NCBI RefSeq assembly: GCF_037042905.1
Contig: NC_087250.1
Coordinates: forward strand, 25,112,001 to 25,176,000
From: Lytechinus pictus
Lineage: Eukaryota
Reading direction: 5' to 3'
DNA: 64,000 bases
Part shown: one piece after another, positions 24,401 to 34,924 of the stretch
Position numbering within the stretch: the first letter of the stretch is position 1
Layout of the letters: each line of letters opens with the position of its first letter
Translations under genes and position numbers: made by a program
Notes under the pieces: generated by a model
The model's input: only the letters and a program-made list of their open reading frames with translations
Database searches by the model: none
Told to the model about the DNA's origin: nothing

Positions 24401-25399
24401 CAGAACAATAACTTTCACATCCTAATTTATCCCCCCCCCCTCCATGTCAATCATACCTTCATCATTTTTTTTTTTATCTGAAACTTATAATTTTGTGATA
24501 TGAATGGCATCTGGTAATCATGGTAGCCTTTGTTCCAGAAAATAATCAACAAATTTGTGGGGGTTTTCCCCCATCTTTCATTCATTACTGCCACCATTAT
24601 GTCTACATTGTTATCTCACTTTGGAAGGGGGTTAACAAGATCAACATGGTGCTGAATTAACAGCATGATTTTCAAGTAGTAAGGCACCAGAAACAATAGA
24701 AAAGATTTTGTGCGGCATTTTCAAAATGAAGGTGGACATATTCACTATAATGTTTCAAGTCTTTTCTGTTTGTAGATGAAGGAAAATCAAATTTCTGAAT
24801 TATACATTGATATGTTATCCATTTATGGATTACAGTCGGGAATGAAAAAAGGCTTTATTTTTTATTTTCTACTTAGTTTAAATTCGGGTCTCAAGTTGTC
24901 ATATATACCACACCGAATTCCATGAGATGTAGTAATAAAAGGAATAGTAGGCATAATTACCTCATGATAGCCACACTTGCAAGAAAGGACAACTCCAAAC
25001 AGGCTAGTTGACTGTTTCTTGTGGAGGGGGTATGCATCAATCGTATTCCTTACTTTCCATTCCTTCCCGCCTGGTGTTTGTCCCACACCAAAACGGTGTT
25101 GACCTCTGGCATGAAGTAGCATGAGATGAACCCAGTACGAATCTGGTTTGCCCTTTGTAGTCATTATCACTGCGTGAAATAAAACAAAAAAAGCAATCAT
25201 GCTCTCAAATCTCTTACCAAACTGAAGCTTGGTCATCTGTGTAGATAAATGTAATATTATATATGAAAGCATGAAAAGTTGCACTTTCAGGTCTGTATAT
25301 GTATGTTTTTTTTCAGAGTCCGTCCATCTCTTCTAGCAATGTCGTGTAAGAACTTTTCTCCCAATCAATTACCACAATAGCTGTTCCCTCATACATGTA

Positions 25400-25545
25400 T
25401 CTTTCTCTTGAATATATTATTACCCTCAAGATCCTACTATCAAGTGTGCTGCCCGGCCATCGAGCAACAACATTGGTGATCTTGCACATGAGCTGAACAT
25501 TGATTGATTTATTTCCTTTCCTGTTCACAAATAAGTACTCGTCCT
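25400..25545 (-). pseudogene. HARBI1-like transposase DDE core fragment
   Basis: [35 protein letters not shown]. Confidence 0.85.
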
Positions 25546-25981
25546 CTCATAAAAATTTGAAGAAAATGTAGGATTTTCTTGGAAACACGTCTGCTAATCT
25601 TTTACAGATTGTATTAAAAAAATTGTGCCCCATGTCTGTGCACCCATTAACTTTACACACGATTTGGAGATTTTAATGAGAAAGGTTGCATTTTGAGGCA
25701 GTCACATGAAATACCCCAAATACATTACTATTTCACCATTTCAATTGGATTTTTTAAACAATAACAGTCTATGTACTTCATGTTTGTGGTCATTGCGTAC
25801 CAGTATCTTCTATTACTACAATCGCGCAGATACGCGTGCGCAGACAAGGGGGACCTTACCATACAATAACTCAAAATTTGCTTTAGGCATTGTAATAAAA
25901 TCATCAACAAATACTTCTACACAAAGTCTAATGAATATTAAACACCTATCCATTTTTAAGAATAACAACAAAACAACTTAC

Positions 25982-26785
25982 ACTTGATACAACTCCTGAA
26001 ATGGACACTCTTCTCTTGGCTGGAGACTCTCTTGCTGTTTTAACAGAAACAACGCCTGGCTTCAGGTACTCCTCGACTACTCCTTCTCTTATTTCAAACT
26101 TTCCACACCTTGAAAACACCTATAGTCACATAAGCAAAACAAATATAAAAAACATAAATGAACAAATAAGAAATTAATCATATGGTATGAAAATCATCTC
26201 AGCAACATAAATCCATGTCAAATCAACCAGTGTTTGTTACCTAAACCCCTTCAATTTCTTGTACCCACAACAGTCTAACAAAAAAAAACTAATTTTGCAA
26301 CAACAAACAAAACAAGCAGCCTCCAATACCAACCAATACACATTCAAAAAACAAGTTCAAATCTACATGTAAGTCTAAATCTAGATCTAGTCTACATTTT
26401 CTAATTACAATTCCCTATGGGACTTTTTTCAAATTTGTAGGCTAGGCCTAACCATCTTGCTTAATTTTTAAACTTTGTTTGTCTTTGTTTTCAAAGATAT
26501 TTAGATCTTTAACCAACCTTAGTCCTCTTGGTAACTCTAGCTTGAGGTATGCCATCTCTTGAGGTGACAGCATTCGGATCCATTAGCATAAAGAAATCCC
26601 TCGCCTTCAATTTTTTCACAGTCTCTATCGCTTTCCCATCTGCAGACGGCACCTGGATCTCCACAACTTCACCTCGCTTCTCATCGATAGCTGCACCACG
26701 AAAAAAACTCATAGTTCGTTTTTGTCACGGATCGCTCTTCCAACACCTCTAACAAACACAGCTTCATCGTAATCGTATCTGCCAT
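25982..26785 (-). pseudogene. Two-exon fragment of a tandem OB-fold (HIN-200/RPA-like) protein
   Basis: Exons 26785-26518 (1-nt frameshift in T run at ~26701) and 26119-25982, joined by a GT-AG intron in phase 0. The fold assignment is inference from motif spacing. Confidence 0.5.
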
Positions 26786-28221
26786 TACAATGATTAACAA
26801 AGAAGTCGATGCCAATAATAAAACGATGAAATCAATAAAATGTGTAACGATGATAAACAAATCAAATCCGAAGTCCAATCACATAAATCGTACAAAATGA
26901 CATAAAAATTCAGTCCAAAGGCATAGAGCTAAAACCGCACACCGGTAAATGGGCGCCGCACCAGCACTAGCACACACAAACAAACATGTCTCAACCGCCT
27001 CACTTTAAAGTTAATTAATAACAATACGCATATATAGTACTACATGTACCTCCACGTACACACCACCGCACACACATATTACACACGGCACGTGCCTAGA
27101 CACTACAAAAAATACACAATAGACACACGACCGTAGCTCATGGAACAAAAAAAACCCAAAACCGTGGCTCATACAACACCCATCAACAAAAACCTAATCA
27201 TTAAAGAATATAGTTCATTAAAAAAAAAAATCCAAAGTACAATTAAATCTATACTTTGGCGTAGAAATATACAAACTTCCTTTTCTAAATCACAGAATCT
27301 AATGATGAAAGAAATGGAAAGGAAGAATAAAGTTTTGAAATGACTAAACTTGGACTGTTGGCAGTCAATACAGTTGCCTTCCAATTGAATGTTATAAATA
27401 GGACAGATTTTGACAGGAGAGTGAGTGCAGTGGCAGTTAATATACATGTAGAAGGTTGATCTAAAATCTTGAATCTTGCCTAGACTTCTGCCTCCTTCCA
27501 GTTTCTGTCAAGTCTTCCAAAAATTCCTTACAAGTGAGATATCTCATATTATCTAGGTACTGACGATAGGGAGGTTTGTATTGCAAATCCTTTCCTTATT
27601 TGCCCATATCTATATTGCGAACATACCTCGCTCTAATTTCACTTCTTGCATGTCGTGGTCCCCCCGTGAATTCTACTTCTGCCAGTAGAGTATCTTCTAA
27701 CATCATCAACACTATTAAGCATGTGACACCACAATCTTTGAAATTGCGATAACCTTTGCAGAAATATAATCTACCAACTCTTCTAATAGTTGACAATATC
27801 CTCACTCTTTGGGTCCAATGGAATTACCTTTCGTGCTGGGACACTTGATTACACAGTCCTGGCAATTACAAATAACAAACTTCTTCTTCTTGCTCCTGAA
27901 GTTAATACCCTCCATCTTGATTCTCATTGCCTGGCGAACAGCTGATGGGGATGGTACTTGATCCCAAGTCCTTGAAACAAATGCTGGAAAAAAATAGCAA
28001 AGGTGTTATCCCATGTCAATCCTCTTTTAATGTGACACTTTAATTACAAAAAAATAATTGTTATTGGTAAATAAAGAATGTATTTTGCAATTTCCAAATG
28101 TTTATTGATAGTTGCACCAAATTCATTATAATAATTAGATAAAGAATGCATTTTGGAACTTCCATTGTCTATAAATGATAGCTGCACCAAATTAATTATA
28201 AATAAATTTTAAAAATTATTT

Positions 28222-28405
28222 TGGCCTTAGCACGTTGTGAAATGGAATCCTTCAAGACTCTCATCGCTGCCTCTGCATAATTGTTTGTGTTGTTTCCCCG
28301 AATCAGGAGTCCCAACCGAAACACCTGGGCCCAAACTTGACATCTGTCATACAACGAAGCAGTACCGACATCTATGGATGCACCGTGTGTCGTCCATTAC
28401 GGATC
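28222..28405 (-). pseudogene. MULE/Mutator-type transposase fragment
   Basis: LYDRCQVWAQVFRLGLLIRGNNTNNYAEAAMRVLKDSISQRAKA (RGxxTNNxxE motif with catalytic E). Confidence 0.7.
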
Positions 28406-29084
28406 CTGTGATATATAATTGTAACCCTAAAACGACCGGAGGGGGGGGGGTATCCGCCCCCTCCCCTCTACATTTTTCACGATAAATCCGCCGAGCTTGT
28501 ACTGTGATTCTACTGCTGTTTCTCCTCCCATGCTTCCATCATCATATCACACAGGATGGGACTATTCATGCTCTGGTTTTCTAACAATGCTTCATTATAT
28601 GCTTCCACCCTGTTCATGCTACACTTAATGAGCAATCTCATAGGGTTCCCTAGAGTAATCCTTGAAATGGGAACCTCAACAACACCTCCATTTCATTTAA
28701 AATATATGATGAAATATAAATATTTATGGCAAGTAAAACTTCATGTGAATCAATGCATCTTGAATGCACTCACAAGGTATCGTATAGTGCGATCCCTGCT
28801 CCTTTACATTGACCAGCACCATCGGCATATGCCGTTTTGATCCTTGACAGAACACAGGCTGGCAGCTGTACTTGTATATCCTTTCCGAGGATGCATGCTC
28901 CAACGCCATCGGACGAATTGGCGATATGCCACATTTCTGTGCTTTCTGTACAAGAAATATGAAAATAAAAGTTGTGATAACTACGTGTGTACAACTGTCT
29001 ATTAAAACTATACCTCATAAACAAAGATTGAATTGGGTGCTTGGATCTAATTTGCTCACGTAATACTGTAGACATATTTGCTCT

Positions 29085-29458
29085 ACGGTGGCTGCATGGC
29101 AAGTCGAAAACTACTGTTCTATCCACTTTTATACACACCGCCTATTTACATGTGCTACAAAAAATATGGCCGCTGTAGAGCAAATGTGACTGAGGTACAA
29201 ATCCCTTTACGGCAGCTGCATGGCAAGTCGAAAACTACTGTTCTATCCACTTTTATACACACCGCCTATTTACATGTGCTACAAAAAATATGGCCGCTGT
29301 AGAGCAAATGTGACTGAGGTACAAATCCCTTTACGGCAGCTGCATGGCAAGTCGAAAACTACTGTTCTATCCACTTTTATACACACCACCTATTTACATG
29401 TGCTACAAAAAAACATGGCCGCTGTAGAGCAAATGTGACTGAGGTACAGATCTCTTTA
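29085..29458. repeat. Three tandem copies of a 124-bp MITE-derived unit (intronic)
   Basis: gctgcatggcaagtcgaaaac at 29091, 29215, 29339; related solo element at ~39612-39670. Confidence 0.85.
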
Positions 29459-29830
29459 CTTCAAACGAGAGCGACTTTGACTCATTATGGACTAATTGAA
29501 TTCTGATGGATTACAAATATTTCATGTGTAAATAAATGCACACGCTAATTTAAAAAAATGAAATACAGGCTAGTTGGTTGTCTTCTAAGACTGAGCTGCC
29601 TTGTTTGCATATAACATCCTCAGGACATTTCATGGCCTGCCTCATTGCAATGTGTTATTTTGTTCTTGCTGGCAATATAATTACTGTGTGTTATGGGTAT
29701 CCAAGCTCAAGCATGTACAGTACTTACTCATTACTCCTCGCTGGAAATGATCTTGCTTGTTGTCGCCACCTCTTGGCAAATTGCTGCCAGGCAGTAAACA
29801 AGGATATTGGATCCAAAATTGCTGCAGCAA

Positions 29831-30435
29831 AGGAAGGGACCTGCATTATGCATTGCTCATCATGGGAATCTGCTTCAAGCCTAACTTCTTCAATCTCTTG
29901 ACAACAGATACAGTCACCCACAACAAATGAAGGAAGGGACCTGCGTTATGCATAGCTCATCATGGGAATCTGCTTCAAGCCTAACTTCTTCAATCTCTTG
30001 ACAACAGATACAGTCACCCACAACAAATGAAGGAAGGGACCTGCGTTATGCATAGCTCATCATGGGAATCTGCTTCAAGCCTAACTTCTTCAATCTCTTG
30101 ACAACAGATACAGTCACCCACAACAAATGAAGGAAGGGACCTGCGTTATGCATAGCTCATCATGGGAATCTGCTTCAAGCCTAACTTCTTCAATCTCTTG
30201 ACAACAGATACAATCACCCACAGCAAATGAAGGAAGAGACCTGTGTTATACATTGCTCATCATGGGAATCTGCTTCAAGCCTAACTTCTTCAATCTCTTG
30301 ACAACAGATACAATTACCCACAGCAAATGATGGAAGGGACCTGCGTTATGCATAGCTCATCATGGGAATCTGCTTCAAGCCTTACTTCTTCAATCTCTTG
30401 ACAACAGATACAATCACCCACAACAAATGAAGGAA
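29831..30435. repeat. Six tandem copies of a 100-bp unit derived from coding sequence
   Basis: aggaagggacctgc...caacaaatga repeats every 100 nt from 29831. Confidence 0.95.
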
Positions 30436-31149
30436 AAACCTGACAAACTACTCTGCACCTTCACCTGAATATAAACTTGATGGAAATGAAAAGAAAAATG
30501 CATTCATCAATGGTCATGGTAATAATACCCATCTAAGATTTCATTTCAAAGTCAACAGGTGTTTAACTGCAGAAAAATGTGTTATGGGCAAGCTACAACA
30601 CAAATACAGGGCAAGTGGGCATCATTTTAAAAATCCAAACTAAAATAGAAATAAATGGCGGCAGTAGAATTCCCTATTTTTTATTATTTTCCTGTAAAAT
30701 CTCTGGTAAAATTAACATTCTATTAAAAAAAAAATTACCAGGAGCAGTTGGGAATTTGGAAATTACTGCTAGAATTTGAGGATAATTTTCACCCCTTCAA
30801 ACTAGAGAGTAGTCATACTGAATATATGATCCATTGATATAGAGCAGTAAAATTATGCACATTCTGCGCTTGATACTTGGTATATATCTACTGAAAATGT
30901 AACAGTATTATTTTCGGCGATGATAAAGTATCCAGATGAGCTTGGTCTCTGCATACCCTTTAAACCAAGAGACCTCTCTATATTCTTAATATCCCGTCTC
31001 ATGATGAGATGTAAGCGCTCTATCCAAATGAGACAAATATTTTCCTACATGGTGTACATAGTGCACACATTTCTGTGATAAGCCATTACCACAAAGTTCT
31101 TTGACTAAGTCATGTACTCTACTGCGGTCACATGAAGGAAGAAATTCAC

Positions 31150-31515
31150 GGAGAGAGAGAGAGGAGCAATCGAGATTGAACATGGAATCTGAACCCGGAT
31201 GACAGCATGATGATATGCGTATTATGCACGTTTTTTAGGTCGCTTGACATTTGCGATCTGCACCATCAATTTGAATGTACTGCCTCCTTTGTCCTCTCCG
31301 AGTTTGATCCACATTTCATCTTTGGTGATATGTCAGGTGAGCTCATGTAGTCTGTGATAAGTAGTGGTTGTATTCAATGGCTCCATTATGTTACTACATG
31401 AATGCCCGCCTAAAATGAATATCCTCCCATTGGGTCTTTGCACATTAGCCAGCTGAGTAATTATTTGACGGTTCCACCTCCTTTGTCTACACTGTACACG
31501 TATAACCAAACTCAT
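31150..31515 (-). pseudogene. GDKGG-type DDE transposase fragment (possibly Transib/RAG1/Chapaev-related), plus a degenerate second copy
   Basis: LHELT*HITKDEMWIKLGEDKGGSTFKLMVQIANVKRP..(fs)HNTHII..GSDSMFNL; second copy DKGGGTVK..QLANVQRPN at ~31430-31490. Confidence 0.6.
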
Positions 31516-32074
31516 TAATGCTCACTAATTGATTTACAAGATGTATCATATGCAGGATACCATATATAAGGGAGCTGTAGAAGTGCAGACTCTTGAATTT
31601 ATTTAATGATCATTTCAGAATTAATATCACCATGTATACACTTCATTTCATTACCTTGATTTGAAAAAAAACTCTGTAATACAAGCTCTTCGATCTTAGA
31701 CGATAAACCTGAACTGGAAAGTCTTGGCGTTCCTGCCTTTAAGAAATCTGAGCCATTGGTGGCTACAAATAGGCATTCAAAGCCAAGCTCCTCGAAACCA
31801 TTCACCTGGCGAAAATAATGGAGGATCATGAAAATATTTCATTCTACCATGCATGACACCTACATGTAAATCTAAAGTGAGCTATATAATGCAGTGTATT
31901 TCCTAACTCATAAATTAACAGAATATTTCCAGAATAGCTCCAAGGTTCCATGGTGTGGAAACGATTCTACATTCCAAGACTTGGTTGGTAGTTCACAAAA
32001 AGTTCTCTTGGGACTCGTTCGTGCTGTAAAACAGCCATTGTGCATGCTGGTATGCACGGAATAATTAAGTCTAT

Positions 32075-32320
32075 GCTTATGGCCCGTGGCATAGAAGCGC
32101 AGTGCCACAAAAATTTGGAGTGATTGGGTTAGTGCATTGCTCCTTCTAGTTGTATGTTTTAATTCATCTCCAATTAAGTCTACCAGGAAGCTTACTCCAT
32201 CTCTCGTAAATCTGTATTTTTTTTAAAACATGTCCCTGTCATATAATTCAAAGGGATTTGATCGGGGTGAAATACGTGCTCCCTCCGTAGAGCAGCTCCA
32301 ACAAGAGCATTTACCAATGC
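32075..32320 (-). pseudogene. Second HARBI1-like transposase N-terminal fragment
   Basis: MALVNALVGAALRREHVF...KYRFTRDGVSFLVDLIGDELKHTTRRSNALTQSLQIFVALRFYATG. Confidence 0.85.
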
Positions 32321-32789
32321 CATCTTGGTTTTCATGGGCAGTGGACTTGTCGGATGAAATTGGCATTTGTCGGCAGGTAAAGAGTGACCGACCATCAACG
32401 AGGAGGAGGACTGACTTCTGTGAAGTAGCAATTGCTGGGGAATATGTGTTTTGGTGGAGGTCGTTTTGTGACATTACAAGGAGAGTGTGAACTGCAAAGG
32501 AACACGGTGGCTTCTGCCTCCTTTGGGTACCTGAAATACCGATCCTTTGACTACCACCTCGGCCATCTGCCCAACACCTTCCACTACCTCCTACTCCTCT
32601 GCCACCTGGCCAATATCCTCCTTTTCCAACCTCCTCAACTCTTCCTCTGTCTCCTCCAGCTTTTCCAAGAAGATTTTATATGGTAGGGAAAAGAATTTCA
32701 AGAGTTAGACATCATTACAACTTTTCTCTCGCCATCCTCTTTTATATGTTAAATTGCTCTAAATCCTTGATTGGGACCCTTTGTTCGTA

Positions 32790-33895
32790 TCTTTACATTC
32801 TTTTATTCTTTCAAGAAGTTCATTTTCTTTATCCCGAAGGATAACAGACAAATCCCGATCAAACAATGAATCCCCAAGCTGAAAGATCTCTCCTACTAAT
32901 GCGTTTGCTCGTTGAGAGATTCAAGCACCTGCTCCATTTCAGAAAACGTTTTTAGTATCTCTTCTCTGGAGCGCAGCTGTTTTGTGCCAGGGTCACAGCA
33001 GCCTCCAGTGTACGAGTGGGAACATTTGGTTTCTGTTAAAACAAGTATAAATATAGAACAGTCTAAAAATTATGGTCACCTGTTCATAAATGCATAAACA
33101 AGTATGAAGTTGGGGGATGAGGGTTGTGTGCTGGTTTTAGAAATCTGGAAGACCTTTAAATGCCACTTATAAACACAGGACCTGTATCGAGTTACATATA
33201 CAACAAAAATGTTATTACATTCTAGTTATTTCACAATGAATGCATGTAAACATATCTCATCTATATTATTGACATCATCTTTAAACATATCTTTACACTC
33301 TTGAATTCTTTCAAGAAGTTCATTTTCTTATTCCGAAGGATATTAGATAAACCCCGATCATACAATGATTCCCCAAGCTGAAAGATCTCCTACTAAGGTT
33401 AACCTTTGATCATTCTAGCATCTGCTCCATCTCAGAGTAAGTCTTACGAATCTCTTCTTTGGAACGCAACTGTCTTTGGTTCAGGGTCACTGCAGTCTCC
33501 AAGATGTTTGTGGGAACATTTGGTTTCTGTTCTATCCAAATGAGACAAATATTTTCCTTCATGGTGTACATAGTGCACACATTTCTGTGATTACCACATT
33601 ACCACAAAGTTCTTTGACTAAGTCATGTAGTCTACGGCGGTCACATGAAGGAAGAAATTCATGGAGAGAGAGAGGAGCAATCGAGATTGAACATAGAATC
33701 TGAACCGGGATGACAGCATGATGATATGCGTATTATGCACGTTTTTAGGTCGCTTGACGAATCTCTTCTTTGGAGCGCAACTGTCTTTGGTTCAGGGTCA
33801 CTGCAGTCTCCAAGATGCTTGTAGGAACATTTGGTTTCTGTCAAACCAAGCAAAAATATAGAACAGTCTCAAAATTATGGTCACCTGTTTACAAA
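32790..33895 (-). repeat. Three diverged copies of an exon-like segment plus a copy of 31020-31245
   Basis: (ETKCSH...QLRSREEI...) at ~32790-33090, ~33290-33530 and ~33760-33895; 33533-33757 duplicates 31020-31245. Confidence 0.7.
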
Positions 33896-34244
33896 TGCAG
33901 CAGCAATTCTTATTCAGTGTTCTTAATTCCAGACCCTCGTCACAGGGGTCTGCAGAATGGGCGCCATTTTCTCCCCTGCAACATAAACAGCAAAAGCCGT
34001 CCTGGCCTACCTACACATTAGGATGTCAAGACTTTACTTGAAAAAGTAACAACTTTATTTTGCAGTTCACCGAAGTAGAAACGTAACCCTCTGATCCAAA
34101 GAGCGATTTTTTTTGTTCAATGCCACATAGTAATAGAGTGCCTGGACGTCCCTGTTTTGAGAAGAAATATTTTGTAAAACAGTTTTATTCGGTGCCCCGT
34201 CTTGGACTCCGCTCTTCACGAGTAAGGTTCCTCTTGCTATCTAC

Positions 34245-34445
34245 AGTGTAGGTACTGACGATGGGGAAGTTGGTATTGCAAATCCTTACCTAATTTTCCC
34301 CTATCTATATTGCGAACATACCTCGCTCTAATTTCACTTCTTGCATGTCGTGGTCCCACATGAATTCTACTTCTGCCAGTAGAGTATCTTCTGACATCAT
34401 CATTTCATGCATGTGACATCGCAATCTTTGAAATTGCAATAACCA
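34245..34445. repeat. Duplicate of 27555-27755 segment
   Basis: Shared aggtactgacgat...atctatattgcgaacatacctcgctctaatttcacttcttgcatgtcgtggtccc. Confidence 0.8.
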
Positions 34446-34746
34446 TGTTTTAGCAATATCTAAAAAGGCTGTCAAATTTGCACTTTCCAGGTCTCAAAAT
34501 GTCTGTGTTCTGAAGAAATCTTTTGTAGTATAGTTTTATTGGGTGCCATGTCTCGGACTCCGCTCTCGAATTCTTCACAAGTAAGGTTCCTCTTGCTATC
34601 TAGTTATATGTTTTAGGTATGTCAATCCAACATTTTGTTCCAACAAAGGAAATGGTTGCACAAGAGAATTCCTATTTGAAAGTGTAAGTGGCTACTGGTC
34701 GTTGTATTAAACATGAAAATGAATTGAATTAATATAGTCTAATCAG

Positions 34747-34924
34747 GTGGGTGTTTCATAAAGCTGTTCGTATTAGGTAAAAGCGACTTTAAGAACGACT
34801 GGTGATCCTTTCTTGTGGTAAATGGTATTGAATTGGCGATTGTTTAGCGCGTACAAGAAGGGTTCACCAGTCGTTCTTAAAGTAGCTCTTAACTTTAATA
34901 GGAAAAGATTTCTAAAACGGCCCC
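34747..34924. mobile_element. Harbinger-type MITE
   Basis: cag|GTGGGTGTTTCATAAAGCTG ... AAACGGCCCC|ctg. Confidence 0.75.

Larger units (their letters stand above)
28770..30439 (-). pseudogene. P2X7 C-terminal ballast-like (Zn-coordinating Cys domain) gene, two exons, disrupted
   Basis: Exon ending 29728: DCICCQEIEEV...CIMQVPSFAAAILDPISLFTAW. Exon 28945-28770: KHRNVAYRQFVRWRWS(fs)ILGKDIQVQLPACVLSRIKTAY. A 4-bp duplication at 28891-28898 causes the frameshift. Confidence 0.75.

Noticed and set aside
24862..25284. Continuation of the HARBI1 transposase
   Set aside because: No GDxGY or E..FG.LK motifs found; left unassigned
29831..30435. CRISPR-like array
   Set aside because: Units are contiguous 100-bp near-identical repeats with no unique spacers, derived from coding sequence, in eukaryotic DNA
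21900..34700. Single intact Harbinger or Helitron element
   Set aside because: Only one Harbinger TIR found (24400), no matching opposite end, no Rep/Hel motifs or clear hairpin-CTRR end; fragments come from several superfamilies
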